A stretch of DNA of 63,697 nt, the filler included, from Octopus bimaculoides (Eukaryota), in NCBI RefSeq assembly GCF_001194135.2. It is 4 parts of 4 records of this genome, joined end to end, with 100 filler letters (N's around TTAATTAATTAA, not from the genome) between each part and the next. Parts side by side here need not be neighbours in the genome. Positions count along the whole stretch, not along the records: positions 29,264 to 58,790 come from NC_068982.1; 3 more parts are not named here. The stretch is one strand, 5' to 3'. Position numbers and translations under genes: made by a program. The first letter of the stretch is position 1; every line of letters begins with the position of its first letter. Shown one piece after another: positions 36,547-48,778 of this stretch. The notes beneath the pieces are model-generated. The model saw only the letters and a program-made list of their open reading frames with translations. It ran no database searches and was not told the DNA's origin.

Positions 36547-36638
36547 AACTCTGATGAGATTTGACTTTTAAATGGTTTTAATTATGGTAATTATGGTAAT
36601 TAATTTCTAAAGGTTTGGAATTGAAACAGCTGTCAGAG
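36547..36638 (+). ncRNA. Degenerate type I hammerhead-like motif with expanded stem II
   Basis: CUGAUGA (36551-36557), about 65 AT-rich nt, then GAA-ACAGCUGU-C-AG. GUC triplet and palindromic stem III; stem I only 2 bp. Confidence 0.4.
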
Positions 36639-37015
36639 ATGATGTCTAATTTTTTAATTAATAAATAATTATTAATTATCTCTCTGTTTTCTTATCTTCT
36701 TAAAATACATATAAACCACAGTTTATCTACTTACCTTACAGTTGAATATTAATAGTAATATTCAACACTTTTTAAATAGGCAACTAACCAGTATTTTCAT
36801 AGGATTTTATTATCCCTTATTGAGGTTTGTAACCNNNNNNNNNNNNNNNNNNNNNNNNNNNNNNNNNNNNNNNNNNNNNNNNNNNNNNNNNNNNNNNNNN
36901 NNNNNNNNNNNNNNNNNNNNNNNNNNNNNNNNNNNNNNNNNNNNNNNNNNNNNNNNNNNNNNNNNNNNNNNNNNNNNNNNNNNNNNNNNNNNNNNNNNNN
37001 NATATATACATATAT

Positions 37016-37605
37016 ATTAGATGAGTGGTTAGTGAAAGCTGTGCAAGCCATGTACAGGGAGGCTGTCAGTAAGGTGAGGGTTGGCAATGAGTATAGTAAA
37101 GAATAGGTGTAGGAGTCCACCAAGGATCAATCCCCAGCCCCCTCTTATTCCTCATAGTCCTCCGGGCAGTAAGAGAGGAATTCAAGACAGGATACCCCTG
37201 GGAGCTTCTCTATGCTGATGACCTTGCTCTAATAGCTGAGTCACTATCAGAACTACAAGAGAAGTTTCAGGTGTGGAAGCAAGGTCTAGAATCAAAGGGC
37301 CTTAATGTCAATGTAGCAAAAACCAAAGTCTTAATAAGTAGGAAGGCAGACAAATCACAGATCCCTTCAGGTAGATGGCTGTTCTCGATCTGTAGAAAAG
37401 GCAAGCTATATCAAAGGAAGGTTAACTGGAAAGATAGTTTTTGTGTGCGGCAAATGCTCAGGGGCAATAAACACTGAAAGTGTGCAGAAAACAGCTTCCA
37501 TTACATACCAGAGGGAAAAACTAGAAGTAGTTGATAGCTTCCGTTACCTAAGTGACCAAGTCGGTAGCGAGGATGGATGATCTGAGAGTGTAGCTACTAG
37601 AATAA
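37016..37605 (+). mobile_element. RTE-clade LINE RT fragment
   Basis: DEWLVKAVQAMY, GVHQGS, WELLYADDLALIAES, WKQGLESKGLNVNVAKTKVL. Confidence 0.92.
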
Positions 37606-37885
37606 GATTTTTCGTTCAGTCCCACTGTGTGGCACTTTGGACAAGTGTCTTCAACTATACGCCTAGGCCAACCAACATACAATAGCTACAAAAAAGCAGT
37701 ACCATCCTTCAGGCAGTGTACCCTGCCTCCATTCTCCTGTGAAAGCATGCTTGGTCATGTTACCTTGCAATATTACGTTACTTGGAAACAGATGAGGTCG
37801 GCGACAGGAAGGACATTTGGCAATCAAAAGAAATTTGCTTCACTGAATTCCATCCAACCTGTGCAAGTATGGAAAAGTCGAGGAT
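37606..37885 (+). mobile_element. Old SINE with B-like head and RTE-like tail
   Basis: GTTCAGTCCCACTGTGTGGCACTTTGGACAAGTG head; CTTGGAAACAGATGAGG...GCAAGTATGGAAAAGT tail. Confidence 0.55.
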
Positions 37886-39817
37886 GAGACAACGACGGCA
37901 ACAGCAGCGATGAGGCTGACAACAATGGCGGCGGTGATGGAGGTGACGACAACGGCGGCGACAATGACAGTGCTTTGACTCTCTAGAAGGGAACCATAAT
38001 GTCGTCCTTACGAGAGAAAGCTTCTAAGTTCTCTGTCCGTAGAAGCAGAACAAATCTGGTCTATGGTATATATGTTGTATATTGTTGTTTAGCTAACATA
38101 TGGCCAAAGACATTTCAGCCTTAATCTTCTATGTTTTTGGTATAAAGTTTTCCGTTGACTGTGTCCAACATACAATGTGTCCTGTATTTATAAGATGGTA
38201 AACAGTGATGCTGAGAGAAATATGGCTGCTTTCTCTCATAGGTTTAGCAACCAAATAAAGGTTCTCTCCTTCGTTTGCTTGTTGATGTAAAACCTGAGCA
38301 CCCATTGCCCAAAATATGACGTCAGTCAGGTACCGGTTTGAAATCTGTACTCTCCAAACCACTACCTCTCATCTTAATTGAGTGCATGCATGTAGAAAGT
38401 TAAGTGGGAAGGAAGGGAGATATAACCTACATAAGAGTGTATGCATGGGTAGAAGAATGAACAAATTTTGTTGGGTGTCAAAGACATAATTACACTCTAA
38501 GGAATACCATATAACATAGAATGTGGTTTGAAGAGGGAATGTATGCGCTTATTTTTATCGCAGTGATGATGATGACGACGACCACAATTGTCGGCATCAT
38601 TATCTTTCTTTTCCTTGCCATAACCTAACCTATATATAAATATAGTGCAAACTCGTTAGCCTGCGGTATGTACTTACATAATTACCTCCCCTAGTCCAAT
38701 ATCAGCAGCTTTTTTCATTTTAATATGTATATGTATGCCTGCGTGCATGTGTGTCTGTGTATGTACGTATGTACATCTTTTCTGTTCTATTTATTAGTAT
38801 TCTTTCTAGAAGGTGGGGGCTGGAGTCTAACAAAGAAACAAAAAGCTCCATCAATAGAGTCTGTGATAACAACAACGGTAAATGTGACATATCAAAGTTT
38901 AAGAAAGTCTTGCATAGTGTTTACAGTTCCACCTGTGTCTATACCAGATATTTCCACTTTTTATGAAACATTGCACTTTTTTTTTGTTTTTTTTTTTTGT
39001 TATTGCTCAAATTATTCAAATGAGGGGAAACCAGTGGGCAACCAGCAGGATCCATGGTTTTGAACTGTTCTCCAGTCACAAAGGAATTCCACAGTATATT
39101 CCCATTGATGTCTTTGGTTATCCAAATCCAACATGGAATTGATTTAGACATTTCAACTGACTTTTTCTAAACTCTAAGCACTTACACAAATTCCCTGTTG
39201 ATTCCATCTTCATATCTGGTATTGTTGAAATAATTACCCATCTTTTGTTCCACTACTGCATTCATGGGAATCTACACAAATCATTGAATGTCAACAGCTA
39301 AAAGGGAAAAATAATAATAATAATAATAATAATAATAATCAGTCAAATGGTAGGATTCATCAATTATACTCATTCTTTGCAAACATGTGACGTACCAAAT
39401 TTAGAAATTAGTGCAGGAATTTTCTTATTAATCCGTCAGTAGAGCAGAGTACTGCCCTCATAAAGCTTTGTTGCTCTTTCCAGATGGGCAAAATCAATTG
39501 TTGATGTTCAGTTTGAATATTCATAATGTAAGATTGGGGATCTTAGGAAAGTGGTGATGATCTGTGTCTGGTAATGATCTTAATGCATATAAAAGTGTGT
39601 GGAAGATTTCAGTTTTATCATTCGAGCACTTGTCCTTCATCTGAGAATAAGAATAAGAAGCGTTATTGAATAAGAATATATAGAAGTGTTATTGCATTAG
39701 TTATAAAATGGTAATGAAAAATAGAATAAAGGAATGATGTGGATGTGAGGTTATGTGAGGATAAAAGAGAAAAACCAATAAGTGGTGTGAGTAGTGTATG
39801 AAGTGAACAATGGAGGA

Positions 39818-40331
39818 GGAAATAAAGAGTGAGGAAGTAACTTGATCAAAGTTTATTAGCAAGATCAAGATGAAGTGAGATGGGAAAGAGGTTAAAAGCT
39901 ATGAAGTGAAAGGAAAAAGAAAAAAATCACTGGGTTGGGAAGGAATTTCAGTGTTGCCAATCCTAGGAACTAGATGAAGAACGAAGGGTAGAGAGAAAGA
40001 CTAGGAAATAAAGAGTGAGAGAGTAACTTGATCAAAGTTTATTAGCAAGATCAAGATGAAGTGAGATGGGAAAGAGGTTAAAANNNNNNNNNNNNNNNNN
40101 NNNNNNNNNNNNNNNNNNNNNNNNNNNNNNNNNNNNNNNNNNNNNNNNNNNNNNNNNNNNNNNAAGTAACTTGATCAAAGTTTATTAGCAAGATCAAGAT
40201 GAAGTGAGATGGGAAAGAGGTTAAAATCTATGAAGTGAAAGGAAAAAGAAAAAAATCACTGGGTTGGGAAGGAATTCCAGTGTTGCCAATCCTAGGAACT
40301 AGATGAAGAACGAAGGGTAGAGAGAAAGACT
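39818..40331. repeat. 186-bp tandem repeat, at least three copies spanning a gap
   Basis: GGAAATAAAGAGTGAG at 39818 and 40004; third copy resumes at 40165 with a few substitutions. Confidence 0.85.
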
Positions 40332-40639
40332 GAAATGAGAACCACAGTACAAAAGAGGAAAGGAGAAGTGAGAGTGACATGTGGACCAGGGTGAAGATTA
40401 ATGTCATTATCTAATTACTTGATTAGCCTTTGCAGTAAATGTAGAAGAGTCAAAATGAGGGTTTTCCTTTGAATTTTGTAGAATGTCAGCAATTGATAAG
40501 GGCTGAAATATTTTCTAGCTCTGAAGGAAATTTCTGATCACAAGGATACAATTTTTAGCAAAGTTGTATAGTCGAATTCACATAATTAATACTTACTTTA
40601 CTCAGTTATGAATCCTAGGGGTTCATTAAACCATGGTTT

Positions 40640-40872
40640 CTATGATGTATAAGTGACTGAGTTTACAATGCTCCTCCTCTCCTTGAATAAGATGCTGGTT
40701 TGTTGCAGGGTTAACTTTCCAGATATTACGGGAACTCATTTACAGATGAGTGGGACAGGAACAGTGTAAAATGAAGTGTTTTGCACAAGAACATAACACA
40801 CTGCTTAGTTTAGAAATTGAAACCATGATCTTATGATTGTAAGTACAATATCCTAATCAATAGGCCACATCC
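40640..40872 (-). mobile_element. Old family-D-like SINE
   Basis: Reverse complement GGATGTGGCCTATTGATTAGGATATTG...CATGGTTTCAATTTC...CAAAACACTTCATTTTACAC. Confidence 0.6.
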
Positions 40873-41289
40873 TTTTACAGAATTTTTTTTTTAATGTTCT
40901 GAGTTGAAGATACTTCACTGGTGAGATTGATATAGTTAATATTCAACAACTGCTGAGATTCCATCTCACATGTTGTGAGTTGGAATTTCAGTGTACTGAT
41001 GTTCTGGGGAAGAAAGACTTGGAATACTTGTTATTGTAGAAATGGGAAACTGAATGTGACACAGGTGGTGAAAGGAGGAGAGGTATGTGAGTTATCAGAG
41101 CCTGTGAGGAAGTGACAAAACACCAGATAGCTCTAAAGAGGAGAGACCACAACAGTAGAAAAGGCAGAGAGAGAGATAGAGAGAGGAGACAGCACTTCTA
41201 TGAGCCAGTTGAAGTGTGTCAGAAAGTAATTTTATGAAAATCAGTGAAGCAGACATTTTGGAGGATGTGGTCTATGTGTGTATGTGTGT

Positions 41290-41291
41290 AT

Positions 41292-41323
<32 letters not shown>

Positions 41324-41400
41324 GACAGACAGACAGATAGACAAGCAGACAGACAAGCAGGCAGGCAGACAGACAGAGACAGAAAGAGACAGAGAGAAAG
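41290..41400 (+). repeat. (AG)n/(AGAC)n microsatellite
   Basis: Direct reading. Confidence 0.95.
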
Positions 41401-42072
41401 ACTGTTCTATATTGAGAGCAGTGCTCTATTGTAGATTTTACTTGAGTTTTATGCAATGTAAGGATGCAAGATTGGTGGGTGATGGAGTATATTGGAGGGT
41501 CTGCAGTATTTTCTGGATGTGAGGAGTAAGATCAATTTTGGTAATATTGTTTTCACAATCAGCATTGGATTTACGCAGAAGCTAAGCAAGCTACAGCTTA
41601 TGATGTAGAATTTGCTAGGGCGTCAAAGTACTTACAAAATACATATGCTTTAACAAGGAGTCTCCAAACTTTATAAAGCTTTGCATTTCTCTGAATCAAT
41701 ATCTGGGGTTTTTTTCTATATTGTAGATGTTTATTTCTCAAGAGATATCATCAGTGATGGTGACACATAGAATTTATACCAACATTGGGGGTAACACCAT
41801 TTAGAGAGAGTGTGTGTCAATCTCATACATACCAAAGTGCTCAGGTTACAATTAAAAAATTTACTAAAGGCAAAATTTTATATTGCAAATGAAATGTATA
41901 GTTGTGTGTGCATGTGTGTGTGTGTGTGTGTAATCATGCATGTTGAACAATGAACAGCCTAATGTACATATCAATAGAAACAATCTTCTGCATTCAATGA
42001 GTTTTGTGATACTTGATGTTACCATTATAATCTTGATGTTGCAATGATAATCTCATGTATGCTACCTGTGGG

Positions 42073-42243
42073 CAGGGCCGTCTTAAGGTGTGGAAACACT
42101 GGAAAGTTGCCCTTGTGCCTCGCAGCTCTAGGTGCCCAATTCTGATCTATGTATTCTGTGGCTTACTGTCAATAAACAAATACTATAGGATCTAAGACAT
42201 TGATTTACCATGGAGCTTATAATGTTGCTAAGACAGGAGGCCT
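42073..42243 (+). mobile_element. Possible short non-autonomous hAT relic
   Basis: Left end CAGGGCCGTCTTAA; degenerate right end CTAAGAC(AGGA)GGCCT. No target-site duplication confirmed. Confidence 0.35.
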
Positions 42244-43166
42244 ATAATGCTGCTTGTAGGGAGGAGATCACTTGGTTGTTTTGCTAATGCTTAGGTTCAA
42301 GTAGCACACAGTCCATGTTAAGAGTGGGTGAGGAAGGAGTCAATAATTAATACATATACGTAGGGGTGTCTTTGAGTTGTTGAAGGAAACATGACTGACA
42401 TTGTCCCCTTCAAGACACTTCTCTTGATCTCGTTTCTTAGAGTGAACAACTACCACCACAACAACGGCAACATAGCCTCTCGTTGACTTCAGGATATGTT
42501 GTTTTTGTTGTTGTTTAGACTCCATGTGTGCCTTGATTGAATAAGCCATTGTTACAACTCTTTCGTTTTCCGATTGTCACATTCTCGATGTTCAGCTGGG
42601 TTAAGAGCTGTCTGTCTGCTCGAGACAACATAGGAACATAAAACAATTAGCAAACGCATAGCACAAGCTCGCAGGTCATGCCAACTTACGAGTGACGGCT
42701 AAACTAATATTTTAATAATCAGATATCGATAATATATTCATCGATGCTATATATTGTTTCTAGCATGTTGAACGAAGGTATGGAACAACAGTTTTCAAAC
42801 TTTCTTTGTCGTGGAATCATTGTAGGATTTTGAAAAAAATCGCTGAACACAAATCTATATTTTACAGATAACCATTGCAACCAAAATCTTAATTAGAAGT
42901 GAAATGAAACAAATATTATCCGAGAAAGAAAACGTATTCGTATAAAAATAAAATACGTCTTATTTTGAAAATGCTTCATAGTAATTTTTTTATTTATAAA
43001 ATATATTTTTATTGAATTTTATTAAAGACCATCTTATCTCTGGTAACACCACAGAATTTTCGCAAAACCCGCTTTGGGGAAATTAATTTCGAAGATCAAT
43101 TACTTTTATTAACAATCGGTTGTGTTATTGTGACCTGGTTGTCGAGAGTTATCTACCTTTACACAG

Positions 43167-43770
43167 AGGTCGCATGAATCACCCTTCAGTCTGATCATAT
43201 TCATGGATACTGTAGCGTGCATGTGGTCCTCTCGGAACATTGACCCTACATCTGCTGTCTTTAAATCCCTTGGAGTAAGTTTATACCTAATTTTTATGAA
43301 TACCTTTTATTATTCATCTATTTATATAAGTCGCATATGAGGTTGAATACGAAGATAATTTTTTTTTTTATTAATCTATATTCTGTTTGTATTTTTACGT
43401 AAGAATTTTATGTAATGAATATCGTGGCCTTATTCGTTAAATAATTAACCATTATAAGAATCTATCATGAAATATCGGTCTTATTTACATTAAATCTCTA
43501 AATATTCTATATTTTGAAATCTATCGGTTTTATTAGCGTTGTTTGTTATTAGCAAGGTTAAAATAGATTGTTGTCTCGTTGGCTTTTTCCATTGGTTTTC
43601 CCCGGTATTTTAGTTACAATTCTATTTTTATAAAAGATTTTTTTATTCATATCTCATATCGATTTAAAGATCTTTTTTTTTTTATTTGTTACCTGTAGTT
43701 CTAACTCACAAACATTCTCCCTCAGGTTGTTGCAGAATCTCTGTGCCTTCTGGATCGACCTGAATGCTAA
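43167..43770 (+). CDS. Candidate two-exon segment (43167-43274 and 43726-43770), hypothetical
   Basis: 108-nt exon open in one frame with donor GGA/GTAAGT; AT-rich 451-nt intron with CTAAC branch-like site and TTCTCCCTCAG acceptor; in-frame continuation VVAESLCLLDRPEC*. Confidence 0.28.
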
Positions 43771-45671
43771 CCTACATAGATTCGGCTTCTTTCTACCTTT
43801 ATAATCTGATACATAGTTTTGCAGTGCCTCTTTATGATTACCAACTAACTAAAAAAATCCCGAACTTCAGAAGACACTATACACAATATTAACACTGTTA
43901 TTATATAACTGTTAACAATATTATATAATTTTTTCTTTAACCAGTATGTTCTTTTACCGGTTCCGGTTACCAGACTGGCCATGCTGTGTCTCCGCCTTCT
44001 AGGGAATAATCAATTACATTGCCCCCCCCCCTCTCCTCCCATCAAGACTACATATTTTATCGATTTCAGAAAACTAAATAGTTACATAATGGTACCAACA
44101 GAGAACTTCTATGCGGTCGTTCGGCCTGCTAAAATTATTATTCAACTCTCTTTTCAAATACACGTTTCATAAACTTAAAAAAAGTAAACCACTTTATATA
44201 ATGTAGTTCTAGATACTTCTTTCAATGACTGGATGGTTATGGCTAGATTGATTGTTTTTTTGTCATAAGGTCTTTTCGCTCTAGGCTAAAACATTGATAA
44301 ATAGTTATATCGTAAATGTCATATTACTATTAAATAACAAAACAGCAAATAAGTTTTGTCTGTTTGTCTTGTCTGGTACTATCATTTATTTAATCTATCG
44401 TTCATCACCTTGGTACCGGTTTGCTATTTAAAAGCGAAAGCTGTCCACCCATTTGGGGATTTTCCTTATTTCTGTGTCGTACTGAAACAGTTGTAAATTA
44501 AACTCTAGAAAGTTTCCATCGACACTGTTTTTTTGAAATCGATTGTAGATTTATCAAAAATAAAATAATCGGGAACTAAAGACTCTCAGATTGACGATCT
44601 GATTGATAGGCAGTTGGATGTATCGATTGATAGATAGAAAAGCGAAGTCGACAGTGGTTTCTACTACGTTTGTATACAGCTGGGTGCATGTGACCGCACC
44701 TACCTTATTCCATACATTAACCTTCTTCAAACTAAACTGTGCAGTTATATGCTGTATCTTCACACATCAGGCCTTCTCTCCCGTTTTTACTTGTTTTGAA
44801 CGACAGAGAAGAGAATAACAGAATAAGATGAATTAATGTTTGTCTAATTACTACTCTTATCTGGTGATAAAAATGAGATTCGTATATTTATAAACAAGCT
44901 TAGATAGAAGATTTCAAATCCAGCTAACGCAGTAGTTTCCACCTGCTAGAAATAGCAACCGAATCACCCGCAAATTATACTCTTCAATGCATTATCTAAT
45001 AAAGAAAAGAAAAGAAAGAATACATTAGCTAATTTAGCTACTGTCTAAAAAAAAAAAAATTGACGTGACAGTCAACATTGGAATGCGTAGGTCTGTCTGT
45101 TCATTCAGGTTGACCTGAAACTAAACAATAACAAAGCATGATTTGCTATTTTTTGTTTTAAATATTAAAATTTGTCTTTCAAGCTTTTTTTTTTTTTTTG
45201 TAAGATAGAAAGCATAAATAGATCCTTTGTTTTAAAAAGAAAAAAAGTATCTGTCTCTGCTCAGACGTTATAAATGAGAAAACTGCTTGCATATATACCA
45301 ACTATAATGGAACTACCTATTATACGACTGCATGTATAGGAACTGGTGTTTTGATCCAAAGTCACCTCCGATTGAGTAAAACCTGTGATCAAAGTTGTTT
45401 CAACCGTAACTTATTTTTCTATTATTTTATAGTTACGATTACATAGCACAATGTGGTTTCGCCTTTATTATTTTTTTAAACGGTTAAGGTAATTCGAAGA
45501 AACTTAGCTGATATTTCTGGCGTGTAGCAGTTCGAGTGACTGCGTAGAGACTACCTTGTCGACTGGTATATATTTTAATTTATTATTTTGACACACACCC
45601 ACACTAGTCTATTTATGGATCCACAATGCAAAGCTTAAAAAGAAAAAAGCTAAACATATTTGTTTCTGGCT

Positions 45672-46042
45672 TATCTTATCTTTTATCTTTTATTTGTTTC
45701 ACATTAGATTGCAACCATGCTGGGGCTACTACCTTGTAAAATTTTAGTCGAACAAATCGACCCAGTACTTATTTTATAAGTCGGTTTTACCGAACCGCTA
45801 GGTTACAGAAACGTAAAACACAACACCGGTTGTGAAGCAGTGGTGGGGGACAAACACAGGCACGAACATACACACACACAGACACACAACTGGCTTCTTT
45901 CAGTTTCTGTCTACTAAATCCACTATAGCCCGAGGCTATAGTAACAGACACTTGCCCCAAGGTTCCACACAGTGAGACTGAACCCTGATCCCTGAACCAT
46001 GTGTTCAGGACGCAAACGTCTTGCGATACACCCACACATGCG
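45672..46042 (-). mobile_element. Older family-B SINE
   Basis: Diverged head, body and (AAGAT)n-type tail. Confidence 0.8.
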
Positions 46043-46228
46043 CCAATATATATACAGTTCAAATTTATTGGAAGCGAAAGACGAAGACAGGTGAAGGAAC
46101 AACAAGCAGGTGTATTAGTTTAAGATTCAGGAAGAATGGAAAAATCCCCGACATTTTGAGCGTATGCTCTTCAACAGAAAGGACTGAGAAGAAAAGAAAA
46201 AATGTAGGAATAACAGTTCAACATGATG

Positions 46229-46268
<40 letters not shown>

Positions 46269-46499
46269 NNNNNNNNNNNNNNNNNNNNNNNNNNNNNNNN
46301 NNNNNNNNNNNNNNNNNNNNNNNNNNNNNNNNNNNNNNNNNNNNNNNNNNNNNNNNNNNNNNNNNNNNNNNNNNNNNNNNNNNNNNNNNNNNNNNNNNNN
46401 NNNNNNNNNNNNNNNNNNNNNNNNNNNNNNNNNNNNNNNNNNNNNNNNNNNNNNNNNNNNNNNNNNNNNNNNNNNNNNNNNNNNNNNNNNNNNNNNNNN

Positions 46500-46545
<46 letters not shown>

Positions 46546-46650
46546 CAATATATATATATATACATACATATATGTGTATCTACATATATAATAATATATA
46601 TATATATATACATACATATATGTATATACATATATCTACATACATATATA

Positions 46651-46682
<32 letters not shown>

Positions 46683-46684
<2 letters not shown>

Positions 46685-47905
46685 CATCATCATCGTTTAA
46701 CATCCGCTTTCCATACTGGCATGGGTTTGACTGAAGGCTGGCAAGCCAGAGGGCTGCACCAGTCTCGAATCTGATCTGGCAAAGTTTCTACAGATGGATG
46801 CCCTTCCTAACGCCAATAACGCTGAGAGTGTAGTGGGTGCTTTTACATGCCTGTCAGGCGGTACTGGCATCAGCCACGCTCAAATGGTGCTTTTTACATG
46901 CCACCTGCCACAGGAGCCAGTCCGGCACTAGCAACGACCACACTCGAATGGTGCTTTTTTTACGTGCACCGGCACAGGAGCCAATCAGCGGCCCTGGTAA
47001 CGATCACACTCAAATGGTGCTTTTACCGTTCCACTGGCACGGGTGCCAATCAGGCGGTACTGTCATCGGCCACAACAGCAATTTCACTTGCTTCAACTGA
47101 TATTCGCAAGCATAGTTTATTGTCCAATGATTGAAGGGTACTCTTAACTGGGCTGGTTATACAGCATTGGCATAGACCACAGTTATGGTCTCACTTGGCT
47201 TGCTGGATCTTCTCAAGCACAACATATCTCCAAAGGTCTCAGTCACTTGCCATTACCTCAGTGAGCCCCAATGTTCAAAGGTCATGCTTCACCACCTCAT
47301 CCCAGGTCTACCTCTTCTGCAGGTTCCCTCAATTGCTAGGGTGTGACACTTTTTCACACAACTATCCTCATCCATTCACAACACATCACCATACCAGCAC
47401 AGTCCTCTCTCTTCCACACCATATCTAATGTTCCTTAAGTGCAACTTTTCTCTCAAGGTGCTGACACTCTGTCATGTATGCACACTGACATTACACATCC
47501 AGCGGAGCATACTGGCTTCATTCCTTGCAAGCTTATGCATGTCCTCAACACTCACAGCCCATGTTTCACTGCCATGCAGCATAGCTGTTTGCACACATGC
47601 GTCATACAGCCTACCTTCTACTCTGAGCGAGAGGCCCTTTGTTATCAGCAGCCGTAGGAGCTCTCTGAATGTTGCCCAGGCTATCCTTACTGTAGCAGCT
47701 ACACTTTCAGAGCATCCACTCCGCTACTAACTTGGTCAAATAGGTAACGGAAACTATCATCTACTTGTAGTTTTTTCCCCCAGGAATGTGACGGAAGCTG
47801 TTCGCTGCACGTTTTCAGTGTTTATTGCCCCTGAGCATTTGCCACACACAAAAACCATCTTCCCAATTAGCCTTCCTTTGATATTGCTGCACATCTTATG
47901 TTTAT
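46683..47905 (-). mobile_element. RTE-clade LINE 3' portion (ORF2 C-terminus, 3' UTR, (GAT)n tail)
   Basis: VVDSFRYL.DQVSSGGGCSESV, RLYDACVQTAMLHGSETWAV, MLRWMCNVS, EGTCRRGRP; 3' UTR with 50-65-bp tandem units. Confidence 0.93.
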
Positions 47906-48328
47906 CAATATATATGAATGTTTGTGTGTGTGTGTGTACAAACATGTTTACATCAGAAAACAAATGTAAAAGCTTTGAGAAATAAATCCCTTGGAAAAAG
48001 ATGTGCTAACCTATTACACTAAAGTAATCATTGGTCTCTCTTCCATCAAATTACATACTTTAGTCATACAAGTGAGAATTGAGGCCTGTTTACATTAGGA
48101 ATATAAATGTAGATGCATTAAGAAGTATTTAAATATAGCATTTTAATGGTGTACCTTGTAGTGGATACAGTTATAAATAATGTCTTATTATGTATGTATT
48201 GGTAGAAGGAGTAAAAATTACTTTATTGTAATTGGTTAACACATTTGTCATGAGTGCAAACATGTGGCTCACATCCTACAGGTAGCCCTTAGATCTTTTC
48301 CATTCAAGATTTTATGTATAGGAGAATT

Positions 48329-48549
48329 AAAGTGCCAAGCTGCCAGAACCATTAGCATGCCAGGCAAAATGCTTAGCAGCATTTCATCTGTCTTTGCATT
48401 CTGAGTTCAAATTTTGCCAAGATCAGCTTTGCCTTCATCCTTTTAGGGCCAATGAAATAAGTACTAGTTGTGCACTGGGGAGCAATGTTCTTGACTAGCC
48501 CACTCCCCATCAATTTCAGGCCTTGTGCCTGTAGTAGAAAAGGATCATT
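48329..48549 (+). mobile_element. Diverged family-A SINE
   Basis: CpG-decayed A head and centre; tail GGCCTTGTGCCTGTAGTAGAAAAGG. Confidence 0.8.
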
Positions 48550-48778
48550 TATGGGAGAGTTTACTTTGAGATACATTGTTAAAATGGTGTGTGTGTGTTA
48601 TTTCTATGTGGTATCAATGATATCACCCAAGTGAAACTCTGTTCTTGTTTACATTCTCCAGTAAACAAAATTCCTGTAGTTTCAGTGAGTCATTGTTTTC
48701 AATGTGTGAACATAACAATTAAGACACTTTACTTGGAAGACAGGTGAAGGTTTGTGACCGGAAGAGCTAAAAATACAA

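Larger units (their letters stand above)
39380..41770 (-). mobile_element. Fragmented CR1/Jockey-like LINE with later insertions
   Basis: LTLHKTQVKSTIEHCSQ (cf. LYKAQ.RP.LEYCSH), LAHRSAVSSL and KSFFPRTS..WN in 40915-41770; the attribution of 39380-40500 is weaker. Confidence 0.55.
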
